Of a stretch of 46,250 nt of DNA, positions 8,790-19,522 are shown one piece after another (the stretch's first letter is position 1; each line of letters begins with the position of its first letter). The notes under the pieces are model-generated. The model was not told the DNA's origin and made no database searches. It was given only the letters and a program-made list of their open reading frames with translations. The stretch is taken from the IMG/VR virus record IMGVR_UViG_2718218453_000004. One strand, given 5' to 3'. A program made the translations under genes and the position numbers. Source of the DNA: a virus (taxonomy: Duplodnaviria; Heunggongvirae; Uroviricota; Caudoviricetes).

Positions 8790-10577
8790 TTAAGTCTGAG
8801 CCTCACTCTCTTGGCCATAAGTGGCTTGCCAGTATCTCGCCGTAGGGTTCATTAGAATGTGCAATACAAGCCACCATGCAAAAATGCAGGGAGGTTGATT
8901 GTAGTAACCGGCAGGCACATATCCGTGAGCTAGTTGATTTCGTAAATCACCATAGATTTTATCTACCAGTAAGGCCTGAAGATTGCCAATTATGTCTACG
9001 CCGAAAGCTTCAATAATCAGTGGATTATCTAGTAATCCCTTGAGTCCATTTCGCTCTTGCGAACCGTCCCCGTGAAGCTGCGATGGTTCCTCACCTTTAA
9101 TTTTAGCCACATATCTCAGACTATTTTCGAGCTGGGGAATCAACACGTGGCATGCCGTCATAAAATCTCCATTGAAACCGCAAACCATACCCTTGATGAA
9201 AAACTCTTCATGCCCAAACGGGATGAAGGGATGATTGATGAACATATCGCGAAAAAACGCCTCCGAGATTGGATATTTCATTGTGATCTCATCTGTAGCA
9301 GGAATAATTTGCCCAGCTACTGCCAACTCATGGTCGATACGCATTCTCGTCATCATTATGGGCCAAATAACTGCCCCATTTGCATCATCAATCCCCAATC
9401 CTGCGGGTATGCGAGCAAGTGTCATTCCCTCATGATCAATATGTGTTGATCCAAACATCCAAGCTATGCTGTTGGCCTTTTGTTCTATTGCTTGAGCCTT
9501 AAGTCTCTCAATGCTGGTTGGCCGACAGACCAGCATCGCAAGTCTGAAAACCATATCAAACAAATCTCTTCCGACTACCCGACTCTTGGCTTGATGGACA
9601 ATCTCACTAATATCTTGAGGGGGAGACTGAAGGATAGACATCTGGTGACGGGATTCGATTTGGTAATCACGCATTTCTTCATACAGCGCAAGACGTTCTA
9701 TTCGGGTTCCTGGAATATTAGCCAGTGCTTCAATAGCATTCTGCATGCAGGCTGCCGAAATCATACCGCCATCTTGGAATTTTGACTCTTCCAGATGTGT
9801 ATCGGCAAGAAGCCGCCAGAATTCAAACTGTGTATCTCTGTCACAGCACCTATTCGCAATCGGGATTGCGGTTTTACAGGCATCGACGGCAAATGAAAAT
9901 AATTTTTGAGCCAGATAGTTTTTTGTCAGAAACAGGAGTTCCTGGGCAATAAAAGATGGCTCACTCACTTTACAGTCGATATCGAGTTGCAGGAGTCGCA
10001 GCGGATAAGGTGAATCGCCTTGTTCTCTGGTACGTTCATACTCTGCTAGTAGATGTGCCGAAAGCTGATCAAATTCATCCCTGAAATCAGTATGCTTTCG
10101 AAAAAAACAACACAGCCTAAGCGCACGCTCTAGGCGTTCTAAAGCACTAACCCACGTCCCTTGCGATGTCATAATAGCTATACTGGACGCATAATAAGCA
10201 CGGACTGCCAGCAAAGGAAAACGGATTCCACCAATTTTACGAACCCAAAGTGTATCAGCAATACGAGCTTGAAGTTCGGGTAGCTCTATCGTCGGGCAAA
10301 ATTGAGAAAGTACCTCCAGCGACAACCCGTTAATGTCATCCGGAATTGCAGATCTACCTTGGCTGCTTTGAAAGCACGGACCAAATGGTACCTGTGGATT
10401 TTCGGGACGAAAGTGAAAACCGCAAATATGGGTTAGCAGTCTTATCTCCGCTCTTCCATCACCTAGGCTAGAAAGATACTTTGTGATATCAAAGCAGGTA
10501 ACTGGCAGCTTACTCTGGATTAAGGGGGATAAATCAATAGTGTTAAGTTCGTCGAGGCTGATATTAATATCGTCCAT
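8790..10577 (-). CDS. Large accessory protein with C-terminal HEPN-like RNase motif (R-x4-H-x-Y); candidate abortive-infection/defence effector
   Basis: 595-aa ORF on the opposite strand to the surrounding rightward operon. RNQLAHGY near the C-terminus (encoded at 8925..8942) fits the HEPN/HepT-type Rx4-6H motif. Visibly AT-richer than flanking genes (by eye, not computed). Occupies the slot where K-12 Qin has relBE beside hok. Confidence 0.6.
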   Translation of the reverse strand: MDDINISLDELNTIDLSPLIQSKLPVTCFDITKYLSSLGDGRAEIRLLTHICGFHFRPENPQVPFGPCFQSSQGRSAIPDDINGLSLEVLSQFCPTIELPELQARIADTLWVRKIGGIRFPLLAVRAYYASSIAIMTSQGTWVSALERLERALRLCCFFRKHTDFRDEFDQLSAHLLAEYERTREQGDSPYPLRLLQLDIDCKVSEPSFIAQELLFLTKNYLAQKLFSFAVDACKTAIPIANRCCDRDTQFEFWRLLADTHLEESKFQDGGMISAACMQNAIEALANIPGTRIERLALYEEMRDYQIESRHQMSILQSPPQDISEIVHQAKSRVVGRDLFDMVFRLAMLVCRPTSIERLKAQAIEQKANSIAWMFGSTHIDHEGMTLARIPAGLGIDDANGAVIWPIMMTRMRIDHELAVAGQIIPATDEITMKYPISEAFFRDMFINHPFIPFGHEEFFIKGMVCGFNGDFMTACHVLIPQLENSLRYVAKIKGEEPSQLHGDGSQERNGLKGLLDNPLIIEAFGVDIIGNLQALLVDKIYGDLRNQLAHGYVPAGYYNQPPCIFAWWLVLHILMNPTARYWQATYGQESEAQT

Positions 10578-10950
10578 GTCGTCACCTTGATGATTTGTTA
10601 ATGCGGGGGCAACATTAATAAATGTACTTGAGACCGCAATTTGTCGATGGAGCCAACATTTATAACTATGTGCTTCTACCCTCTGAATTTTTACATGTGA
10701 ATTGCTAGCTTGAATAGCTCTATCATTATATACGTGGCACTAAATTATGGCTGTTTTTCGCTCAAAGCGGACTAGAAGGTTAGCTTGTGTCGGACTTTGC
10801 GTATTAAAAGAAGTGCTGGTGGTGACTAGTGGTTGTGCCCCATTTCCACAGAAAAAATCAGAGAAACTATACCCAATAGTTGTATTGAATCACTGACGAG
10901 ACAGCCTCATATTCATCAGGACTGGTCTACGTCCAATACAGGAGGTTGTG

Positions 10951-11040
10951 GTGCTGGTTCTCAAATGTGCGCTGGCTATTACGGCTGTAATGGCGATTTA
11001 TTGTCTTGCTATTGTTCTTATGGATCGCCTTTCTGACTGA
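10951..11040 (+). CDS. Candidate 29-aa hydrophobic peptide (type I toxin-like or leader peptide)
   Basis: AGGAGG at 10940-10945, 5-nt spacer, GTG start. Translation (M)LVLKCALAITAVMAIYCLAIVLMDRLSD is one predicted transmembrane helix with a charged tail. +1 frame relative to the TTG-start 67-aa ORF-track entry. Confidence 0.3.
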   Translation: MLVLKCALAITAVMAIYCLAIVLMDRLSD

Positions 11041-11251
11041 TTTCACATTGGCGAGGTAACGGTAGTTAAGTAGAATGGCTGCGGGTGCTTGAGGCTATCT
11101 GCCTCGGGCATGAACACCAACGGCAGATAGAGAAAAGCCCCAGTTAACATTACGCGTCCTGCAAGACGCTTAACATTAATCTGAGGCCAATTTCATGCTA
11201 GACATATGTAGGTTAGCCTCTTACGTGCCGAAAGGCAAGGAGAAGCAGGCT

Positions 11252-11407
11252 ATGAAGCAGCAAAAGGCGATGTTAATCGCCCTGATCGTCATCTGTTTAA
11301 CCGTCATAGTGACGGCACTGGTAACGAGGAAAGACCTCTGCGAGGTACGAATCCGAACCGGCCAGACGGAGGTCGCTGTCTTCACAGCTTACGAACCTGA
11401 GGAGTAA
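11252..11407 (+). CDS. hokD: Hok/Gef-family type I toxin (51 aa)
   Basis: MKQQKAMLIALIVICLTVIVTALVTRKDLCEVRIRTGQTEVAVFTAYEPEE matches the Hok family and RelF/HokD as recalled. SD AAGGAG upstream. An in-frame upstream ATG (11195) gives the 70-aa ORF-track entry (mok-like). Confidence 0.9.
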   Translation: MKQQKAMLIALIVICLTVIVTALVTRKDLCEVRIRTGQTEVAVFTAYEPEE

Positions 11408-11475
11408 GAAACCCGGCGAGGGAGAAATCCCTCGCCACCTCTGATGTGGCAGGCATCCTCAACGCACCCGCACTT

Positions 11476-11497
11476 AACCCGCTTCGGCGGGTTTTTG
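11476..11497 (+). terminator. Rho-independent terminator downstream of hok
   Basis: aacccgc-ttcg-gcgggtt hairpin followed by a T-run. Confidence 0.7.
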
Positions 11498-11623
11498 TTT
11501 TTATTTTCAACGCGTTTGAAGTTCTGGACGGTGCCGGAATAGAATCAAAAATACTTAAGTAGCGCGCAGGGATAAGAGGGATGGTCCCTTAAAGGGGAGA
11601 GCTAATTATCCGGAAGGATTCTG

Positions 11624-11875
11624 ATGATGAACATCGAAGAATTGCGTAAAATTTTTTGTGAAGATGGCCTCTATGCTGTGTGCGTTGAAAATGGAAATCT
11701 TGTTAGTCATTACCGCATTATGTGTTTGCGAAAGAATGGGGCTGCGTTAATTAATTTTGTGGATGGTCGAGTGACAGACGGATTTATCTTGCGCGAAGGT
11801 GAGTTTGTCACTTCATTACAGGCACTGAAAGAGATCGGAATAAAAGCAGGCTTTTTAGCTTTTGCAGAAGAATAA
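11624..11875 (+). CDS. rem: Rem-like small protein (83 aa)
   Basis: 83-aa ORF directly after hok, the position and size of Qin rem. Confidence 0.6.
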   Translation: MMNIEELRKIFCEDGLYAVCVENGNLVSHYRIMCLRKNGAALINFVDGRVTDGFILREGEFVTSLQALKEIGIKAGFLAFAEE

Positions 11876-11941
11876 ACTCATCTACAATCTTGCGCGGGGC
11901 TGAACTCCCGCTGAGTAACACCGTGCCACCGGAGAAAACCG

Positions 11942-12220
11942 ATGGCACGCAACGTAAAATATTACAATTCTGATAATTCGCCCGTTCTTGTCTGCACGCA
12001 CGAGCGGTATTCTCACGCATTCAAGTCTGAATGGTTCCAACACCCTCCATGCACTGAAGAGCAGGCTGAATGGATAATTCAGTGTTACCGCAGGCGCGGA
12101 TACGAGGTTAAGAAAGCCCTTAGCCTCGACTACCGTCACTGGATAATCTCAGTCAGATTGCCTTACTCCGAACGCCCACCACGTGCGTCCCGCACTTTCC
12201 AGCAACGGATCTGGAGGTAA
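11942..12220 (+). CDS. Hypothetical protein (92 aa)
   Basis: ORF ending 1 nt before the ydfU-like GTG start; Cys/His-containing. Confidence 0.5.
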   Translation: MARNVKYYNSDNSPVLVCTHERYSHAFKSEWFQHPPCTEEQAEWIIQCYRRRGYEVKKALSLDYRHWIISVRLPYSERPPRASRTFQQRIWR

Positions 12221-12221
12221 C

Positions 12222-13271
12222 GTGCGGGTATTACTTAGACCTGTTCTGGTGCCTGAGCTTGGGCTGGTGGTCCTTAAGCCGGGCCGTGAATCCATACAGA
12301 TATTTCATAATCCTCGAGTGCTGGTGGAACCGGAACCAAAAAGCATGCGTAATCTGCCATCCGGAGTCGTTCCTGCCGTTCGCCAGTCGCTGGCGGAAGA
12401 CAAAACATTGCTGCCGTTTTTTAGTAACGAACGGGTGATTCGTGCTGCTGGCGGTGTTGGCGCATTGTCTGACTGGCTATTACGTCATGTTACATCCTGC
12501 CAGTGGCCTAATGGCGATTACCATCACTCTGAAACAGTCATTCACCGTTATGGTACCGGCGCAATGGTGTTGTGTTGGCACTGCGACAACCAACTGCGTG
12601 ACCAGACATCGGAATCACTGGAGCTGCTTGCTCAACAAAATCTGACAGCATGGGTGATTGACGTCATCCGTCACGCAATAAGCGGTACGCAGGAGCGGGA
12701 ATTATCTTTGGCTGAATTATCCTGGTGGGCGGTCTGCAATCAGGTGGTGGATGCACTACCTGAGGCTGTATCGCGTCGTTCGCTGGGATTACCAGCGGAA
12801 AAAATCTGCTCGGTGTACCGCGAAAGCGACATCGTACCGGGAGAGCAGACCGCCACCAGCATATTGAAACAACGCACAAAAAATCTTGCACCGTTGCCTT
12901 ACGCCCACCAGCAACAAAAAACACCACAGGAAAAGACGGTGGTAAGCATCACCGTTGATCCAGAGTCTCCGGAATCTTTCATGAAGCTGCCTAAACGTCG
13001 CCGCTGGGTTAAGGAGAAATACACACGTTGGGTTAAGACACAGCCGTGTGCTTGCTGCGGTATGCCAGCCGACGATCCGCATCATCTGATTGGTCACGGG
13101 CAGGGCGGAATGGGAACAAAAGCACATGATCTCTTTGTGTTGCCTTTGTGCAGAAAGCATCACAACGAGCTGCATACGGATACAGTGGCATTTGAAGAGA
13201 AGTATGGCTCCCAACTGGAGCTGATATTTCGTTTTATCGATCGCGCGCTGGCAATTGGCGTACTGGCGTAA
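12222..13271 (+). CDS. ydfU: YdfU-like DUF968 protein with C-terminal HNH-like motif (349 aa from GTG)
   Basis: C-terminus CACCGMPADDPHHLIGHGQGG...CRKHHNELH is HNH-like. GTG at 12222 with a GAGGT SD gives 349 aa; the ATG at 12183 is the alternative start. Confidence 0.75.
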   Translation: MRVLLRPVLVPELGLVVLKPGRESIQIFHNPRVLVEPEPKSMRNLPSGVVPAVRQSLAEDKTLLPFFSNERVIRAAGGVGALSDWLLRHVTSCQWPNGDYHHSETVIHRYGTGAMVLCWHCDNQLRDQTSESLELLAQQNLTAWVIDVIRHAISGTQERELSLAELSWWAVCNQVVDALPEAVSRRSLGLPAEKICSVYRESDIVPGEQTATSILKQRTKNLAPLPYAHQQQKTPQEKTVVSITVDPESPESFMKLPKRRRWVKEKYTRWVKTQPCACCGMPADDPHHLIGHGQGGMGTKAHDLFVLPLCRKHHNELHTDTVAFEEKYGSQLELIFRFIDRALAIGVLA

Positions 13272-13284
13272 GTGGAGAACGAGC

Positions 13285-14037
13285 ATGAACCTTGAAGCCT
13301 TACCAAAATATTACTCCCCAAAATCTCCAAAATTGAGCGATGACGCTCCAGCGACAGGCACCGGTTGTTTAACAATTACGGATGTAATGGCAGCGCAGGG
13401 GATGGTGCAGTCGAAAGCACCACTTGGGTTGGCCTTATTTCTGGCAAAAGTTGGTGTTCAGGACGCTCAGTTTGCGATTGAAGGCCTGCTAAATTACGCG
13501 ATGGCACTGGATAACCCGACATTGAACAAATTGAGTGAAGAAATCCGGTTACAGATTATTCCTTACCTCGTGAATTTTGCCTTTGCTGATTACTCCAGGT
13601 CTGCGGCAAGTAAGGCTCGCTGTGAGCATTGTTCAGGTACGGGATTTTATAATGTATTGCGCGAAGTGGTGAAACACTACAGACGCGGGGAATCTGTAAT
13701 CAAGGAAGAATGGGTGAAGGAACTATGTCAGCATTGCCATGGTAAGGGCGAAGTCAGCACAGCGTGCAGAGGGTGTAAGGGTAAAGGGATTGTTCTGGAT
13801 GAAAAAAGAACCCGGTTTCATGGCGTACCGGTATATAAGATTTGTGGGCGTTGTAATGGAAACCGGTTTAGTCGTTTACCGACCACGCTGGCACGACGTC
13901 ATGTCCAGAAGCTGGTACCAGACCTGACCGATTATCAGTGGTATAAGGGGTATGCGGACGTCATTGGTAAACTGGTAACAAAGTGCTGGCAGGAAGAAGC
14001 ATACGCGGAAGCGCAATTGAGGAAGGTGACGAGATAA
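13285..14037 (+). CDS. quuQ: Late-gene antiterminator Q (250 aa)
   Basis: Cys-rich zinc-binding region (CEHCSGTG...CQHCHGKG...CRGCKGKG...CGRCNG) typical of phage-82/Qin-type Q proteins, followed by a PR'/tR'-like unit. Confidence 0.85.
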   Translation: MNLEALPKYYSPKSPKLSDDAPATGTGCLTITDVMAAQGMVQSKAPLGLALFLAKVGVQDAQFAIEGLLNYAMALDNPTLNKLSEEIRLQIIPYLVNFAFADYSRSAASKARCEHCSGTGFYNVLREVVKHYRRGESVIKEEWVKELCQHCHGKGEVSTACRGCKGKGIVLDEKRTRFHGVPVYKICGRCNGNRFSRLPTTLARRHVQKLVPDLTDYQWYKGYADVIGKLVTKCWQEEAYAEAQLRKVTR

Positions 14038-14068
14038 ATGATTTTTGCTGAAGATGGCGACATGATGT

Positions 14069-14097
14069 TTGCATTTTTCAAAAAACATGGATAAGAT
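14069..14097 (+). promoter_or_regulatory. Late promoter PR'-like (TTGCAT-17-TAAGAT) with presumed qut site
   Basis: Near-consensus sigma70 hexamers with 17-bp spacing immediately downstream of Q. Confidence 0.6.
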
Positions 14098-14144
14098 TTT
14101 CTCAACGATGGGCTTTGTGTATCCGACGTTTAGAAAAAAGTAGA

Positions 14145-14168
14145 AAACCCGCTTATAAGCGGGTTTTT
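14145..14168 (+). terminator. tR'-like rho-independent terminator
   Basis: Perfect palindrome cccgcttataagcggg followed by TTTTT, about 60 nt downstream of the putative PR' start. Confidence 0.8.
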
Positions 14169-14712
14169 GTGCTTTAAATGGGGCAATAGAGATATTGAAT
14201 CTCATCCCGGGATAAACATTGGCAGTTGAAGGTCCACGCGAACCATTTATCCAGCAAAATTCCACGCGTAATCCTGTGGTAATTTCTTCTGCATCTCGAA
14301 GATTGAGAGCTGAAACGTGAAGCTGGGCATCGATACGCCATCGGATGGGAATATAAGACCTTTGCTGCTTTTGTAGTCAAAGTTTTTGACAATTCCTGTC
14401 ATTTTAGGGGACAGAAAAACTCCTTAATACTGATAACCTGGTGCACCATACACACGTTCCTGGAGAAAACTACTTTTTTGATAGGATTGAAGGTGGCTGG
14501 ATGTCTAAAATAAACATTGCTTCATATGTTCAACTATGAGTTAATGACTGCGTCGGTTTGAAGAACAGACGATATACGAAGTAGTTTACTAAAGCAGTTC
14601 TCATTTCAGGTGTTATTCACTTATTCCTTCTTTGAGTCTCTCCAATTAAGTACGAAGTCGTTTCTGTTATGCAAACCATTTATGCCGAAAGGCTCAAGTT
14701 AAGGAATGTAGA

Positions 14713-14928
14713 ATGTCAAATAAAATGACTGGTTTAGTAAAATGGTTTAACGCTGATAAAGGTTTCGGCTTTATTTCTCCTGTTGATGGTAGTAAAGATG
14801 TGTTTGTGCATTTTTCTGCGATTCAGAATGATAATTATCGAACCTTATTTGAAGGTCAAAAGGTTACCTTCTCTATAGAGAGTGGTGCTAAAGGTCCTGC
14901 AGCAGCAAATGTCATCATTACTGATTAA
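14713..14928 (+). CDS. cspB: Cold-shock protein CspB-like (71 aa)
   Basis: [23 protein letters not shown]...VFVHFSAI carries the cold-shock domain RNP1/RNP2 motifs. Confidence 0.9.
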   Translation: MSNKMTGLVKWFNADKGFGFISPVDGSKDVFVHFSAIQNDNYRTLFEGQKVTFSIESGAKGPAAANVIITD

Positions 14929-15210
14929 AATTCATCGCTCGTCTGTATACGATAACGAAGAAGGCTGATGCCTGAGTAGAGATACGGACAGAGTAGTGAA
15001 TATTGGATCTCTTTAATAAAAAGTAAGGAGGTCCAATACATGAAACAATGGCTAGCATATTTGGCAAAATCTTAATCAGGAAAAGTATGCTAACCATTGT
15101 GGTGAAGTGCAGGTTTGCTGCATGAATAGTTTCACAGCAGAAGCTAACTGCTGGCATCGCAAAACAAAGTGCGTAAGTGGATGACTCCCACAAAAAGCAC
15201 CACAATCTCA

Positions 15211-15232
15211 AACCCGCTCAGGCGGGTTTTTT
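15211..15232 (+). terminator. Rho-independent terminator
   Basis: aacccgc-tcag-gcgggtt hairpin followed by TTTTTATT. Confidence 0.7.
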
Positions 15233-15291
15233 ATTATCTGCTTTAAATATATTATTAAAATATAAAAAATACTTGTTACTAATAAAATCAA

Positions 15292-15462
15292 TCAGGCTAC
15301 AGCTTTAAGATTTGTCTGGAATACTTTGTTGCAATGAGGGCAGATCAAAAGGGCACCTTTTTGTACTCTTGAAAAACTGTGTTCTGACTCTTGGGTGCAG
15401 TTTGGGCAGGAACATTTAACGAGATAATTACGGCGTGATTTTGAGTCTTTACGTTCTGACAT
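15292..15462 (-). CDS. Small zinc-ribbon protein (about 56 aa)
   Basis: MSERKDSKSRRNYLVKCSCPNCTQESEHSFSRVQKGALLICPHCNK has two CxxC pairs. Confidence 0.5.
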   Translation of the reverse strand: MSERKDSKSRRNYLVKCSCPNCTQESEHSFSRVQKGALLICPHCNKVFQTNLKAVA

Positions 15463-15682
15463 AGGCTTTTCCTGTATAAATGGCCGTATACAGTACACTA
15501 AATATGAAAACATTTCTCGTATTATTATTTTATATATGACTTTCTTTCAAAATAATTACTCACATTTTTAATGTGTATGTTTCTTTAGCGCCGTTGAGAA
15601 CAACGTGTGCTGTCAAAACTACCCCGTAGACTCCGATCTTTTTCAAACATATTGCACCATCCGTGTACATCGGGGTGAGGAT

Positions 15683-15898
15683 ATGAAATCAATGGATAAG
15701 TTAACAACAGGTGTTGCCTATGGCACATCGGCGGGTAATGCTGGTTTCTGGGCATTACAGTTACTCGATAAAGTAACTCCGTCACAGTGGGCTGCAATCG
15801 GTGTGCTGGGTAGCCTGGTTTTTGGCCTGCTGACGTATCTGACAAATCTTTATTTCAAGATTAAAGAAGACAGGCGTAAGGCTGCGAGAGGAGAGTAA
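15683..15898 (+). CDS. essQ: Class II holin / pinholin (S21-like, 71 aa) with dual start
   Basis: [26 protein letters not shown]...[13 protein letters not shown] has two transmembrane segments and Met1/Met4 starts, as in phage 21 S. Confidence 0.85.
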   Translation: MKSMDKLTTGVAYGTSAGNAGFWALQLLDKVTPSQWAAIGVLGSLVFGLLTYLTNLYFKIKEDRRKAARGE

Positions 15899-15902
15899 TC
15901 CA

Positions 15903-16210
15903 ATGACTCAAGACTATGAACTGGTTGTGAAAGGAGTCCGTAATTTTGAGAATAAAGTTACGGTAACTGTAGCCTTACAGGACAAGGAACGCTTTGACGG
16001 TGAAATTTTTGACCTGGATGTCGCCATGGACCGTGTTGAAGGAGCTGCGCTGGAGTTTTATGAGGCAGCAGCCAGAAGGAGCGTCCGGCAAGTCTTCCTG
16101 GAAGTAGCAGAAAAATTGTCAGAAAAAGTTGAGTCTTATCTGCAGCATCAGTACTCCTTTAAGATTGAAAATCCTGCCAATAAGCACGAGCGTCCTCATC
16201 ATAAATATAT

Positions 16211-16214
<4 letters not shown>
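15903..16214 (+). CDS. ydfR: YdfR-like protein (103 aa)
   Basis: 103-aa ORF between the holin and the endolysin, as ydfR in Qin. Confidence 0.7.
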
Positions 16215-17238
<1,024 letters not shown>

Positions 17239-17600
17239 GGTAATATTAAATCGGAACATTTACATCGCGGAATGTAAAATTTAAATAAAAAGGACTCTTC
17301 CATGAGCCAAAATTCCTGAAATCTTAAGGGTAAGATAAAAGGTCTTAATCAGAATGACACGTTTTATTAATAAATAAAGCTATTCTTTCATTGCTGTGTT
17401 TTTCTTTACAAAAGTAATCCTTGCTATGGGTGGTTAATCATGCGTTAATGGTGTTCTGGTTTGTTACAAATTTATCTGAAGCAGTCATTGTTATAATTTT
17501 ATTATTTGTACCTCTTGAGATTTCCTTGTTGGTTTTTCTCTCTGATATTTTTTTTCGGACCATTCTGCCCAAGGGCTAATTTCTTCAAAAGGTAATAATT

Positions 17601-17813
17601 ATGTCTAACAAAATGACTGGTTTAGTGAAATGGTTTAACCCTGAAAAAGGTTTTGGTTTCATCACGCCGAAAGATGGCAGCAAAGATGTGTTTGTCCATT
17701 TCTCAGCAATTCAGAGCAACGATTTCAAAACATTAACTGAGAATCAGGAAGTTGAATTTGGTATTGAGAACGGACCTAAAGGTCCTGCCGCTGTTCATGT
17801 AGTGGCGCTTTGA
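17601..17813 (+). CDS. cspI: Cold-shock protein CspI-like (70 aa)
   Basis: [45 protein letters not shown]... matches CspI as recalled. Confidence 0.9.
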   Translation: MSNKMTGLVKWFNPEKGFGFITPKDGSKDVFVHFSAIQSNDFKTLTENQEVEFGIENGPKGPAAVHVVAL

Positions 17814-18084
17814 GGTAGACAATATTACAAACCATATTCACTTTAGATGCCCGTGTTGTCATGGTTCCCAGTATAGAACATCATCTTTTGATGTTTCTGA
17901 CATGAATCCTTTCGGGGCAAAATGTATCTTTTGTAAATCAATGATGATTACATTTGATAATATTTCACAATACTTAAATGCCAGCCGTCTGTCGTTGGAT
18001 TTAAAAAAGTGAAAATGAAGGCTCCTTCGGGAGCTTTTTTGCTTGGTATCTATTCGATGGATACTCACATACTACGGTAACATC

Positions 18085-18315
18085 ATGAAAAAAATCATAG
18101 TTTTTTTTAACTCTGAACCAGCAGTGGTAGTGCCAGCGATGACTGGAGTTAACACCATCATGCGTGAATATCCAAATGGCGAAAAAACACACCTTACTGT
18201 AATGGCCGCAGGGTTTCCATCTCTGACCGGAGATCATAAAGTCATTTATGTAGCCGCGGATCGACATGTTACTTCAGAAGAAATTCTGGAAGCAGCAATA
18301 AGGCTCTTGAGTTGA
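18085..18315 (+). CDS. Hypothetical small protein (76 aa)
   Basis: ATG at 18085 inside the ORF-track entry (MKKIIVFFNSEPAVV...). Confidence 0.4.
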   Translation: MKKIIVFFNSEPAVVVPAMTGVNTIMREYPNGEKTHLTVMAAGFPSLTGDHKVIYVAADRHVTSEEILEAAIRLLS

Positions 18316-18483
18316 TTTGATGCTATTGTATTGATAATTCAGGAAAATTCTCTTTGTCTGTTTGTGTAAAATTTAGACTATCGTATGTTGATTATTGCGA
18401 TGTTTCATCTTATCTTTTACACGTTTGCACCATATAATCGACTTACTGTGTAACTGGAAAGTCATAACAGACTAAAAGAGGAA

Positions 18484-18660
18484 ATGATGAATATTGAAAA
18501 CTTAAAAACAAAAGCAGAAGCAGATATTTCTGAATATATAACAAAAAAAATTATTGAACTTAAGAAAAAGACCGGGAAAGAAGTTACCAGTATTCAGTTT
18601 ACCGCACGGGAAAAAATGACGGGTCTTGAAAGCTATGATGTCAAGATTAATTTAATCTGA
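18484..18660 (+). CDS. gnsB: GnsA/GnsB-family small protein (58 aa)
   Basis: Hand-translated MMNIENLKTKAEADISEYITKKIIELKKKTGKEVTSIQFTAREKMTGLESYDVKINLI. Below the ORF-track size cut-off. Resembles GnsB as recalled. Confidence 0.75.
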   Translation: MMNIENLKTKAEADISEYITKKIIELKKKTGKEVTSIQFTAREKMTGLESYDVKINLI

Positions 18661-18811
18661 TGTATTCAATAATAAAATTTATCCATAAACCTCGTTTTTA
18701 CGGGGTTTTGTTATATTTGAATGGTTCCGAATATCTAAATCACAATTGTTGATGGTTTTTATTAAACCAATGCAGTCCGGCTCAGGAGTGAGAGAAGCCG
18801 GACGTTATGGT

Positions 18812-19222
18812 TTAGCGTGGTAAGATCTGTGTAGTTTTCTGGATGCTTTCAGTAAATAGTAATGAGTTATCAAAGGCATAGTAATATCTTTGGTGTTCCT
18901 GGATATTTGTAACCCATCGGAAAACTCCTGCTTTAGCAAGATTTTCCCTGTATTGTTGAAATGTGATTTCTTTTGATTTCAACTTATTATAGGAGGTCTC
19001 TATAAGATGTTTGTTTCTGGAGAATTTAACATTTACAACCTTTTTGAGTCCTTTTACTAACACTATGTTGTCGTTTTCTAACACAATGTGAATATTATCT
19101 GTGGCTAAATAGTAAATATAAAGTGAGACATTGTGACGTTTTAGCTCAGAATAAAATAATTCACAGTTTAAATCTTTACGCACTTGATCGAATATTTCTT
19201 TAAAAATGGCAGCCTGAGCCAT
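18812..19222 (-). CDS. ydfO: YdfO-like protein (DUF1398-type)
   Basis: About 136 aa from the internal Met, in the Qin-equivalent position. Confidence 0.6.
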   Translation of the reverse strand: MAQAAIFKEIFDQVRKDLNCELFYSELKRHNVSLYIYYLATDNIHIVLENDNIVLVKGLKKVVNVKFSRNKHLIETSYNKLKSKEITFQQYRENLAKAGVFRWVTNIQEHQRYYYAFDNSLLFTESIQKTTQILPR

Positions 19223-19522
19223 TGGTAAACCTTCCATGTGATACGATGGCGCGTAGTTAGCATTATCGTGTTTATTGTTTCAATCTGGTCTGACCTCTTT
19301 GTGTTTTGTTGATGATTTATGTCAAATATTAAGCCTGTTTTTGATGAATAGTGTTGATTGCGTAACAAAATTGAGCCTTGCTGGCATCCAGGAGGGATAT
19401 GCAACCGACAGATGTATGTAAGGTCGATGTACTCAAACTTTCATACTTTTCCTCTTTTATGCAGTAAGATTTGAAGTAATATTTTAACCGCTAGATGACG
19501 AGCAAACGCATGGAGCGACAAA

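Noticed and set aside
10833-11036. 67-aa TTG-start ORF with a Cys/Gly-rich C-terminus (microcin-like appearance)
   Set aside because: Non-ATG start with no ribosome-binding site; the +1 frame over the same DNA has a consensus AGGAGG and encodes a coherent transmembrane peptide, which I consider the more likely product.
12789-13286. 165-aa reverse-strand ORF inside ydfU
   Set aside because: Antisense to a gene with a conserved HNH-like C-terminus; no start context.
14170-15680. Possible Shiga-toxin or other toxin cargo between Q and the holin
   Set aside because: The interval holds only cspB, a micro-ORF and a small zinc-ribbon gene; no A/B5 toxin-sized ORFs are present.
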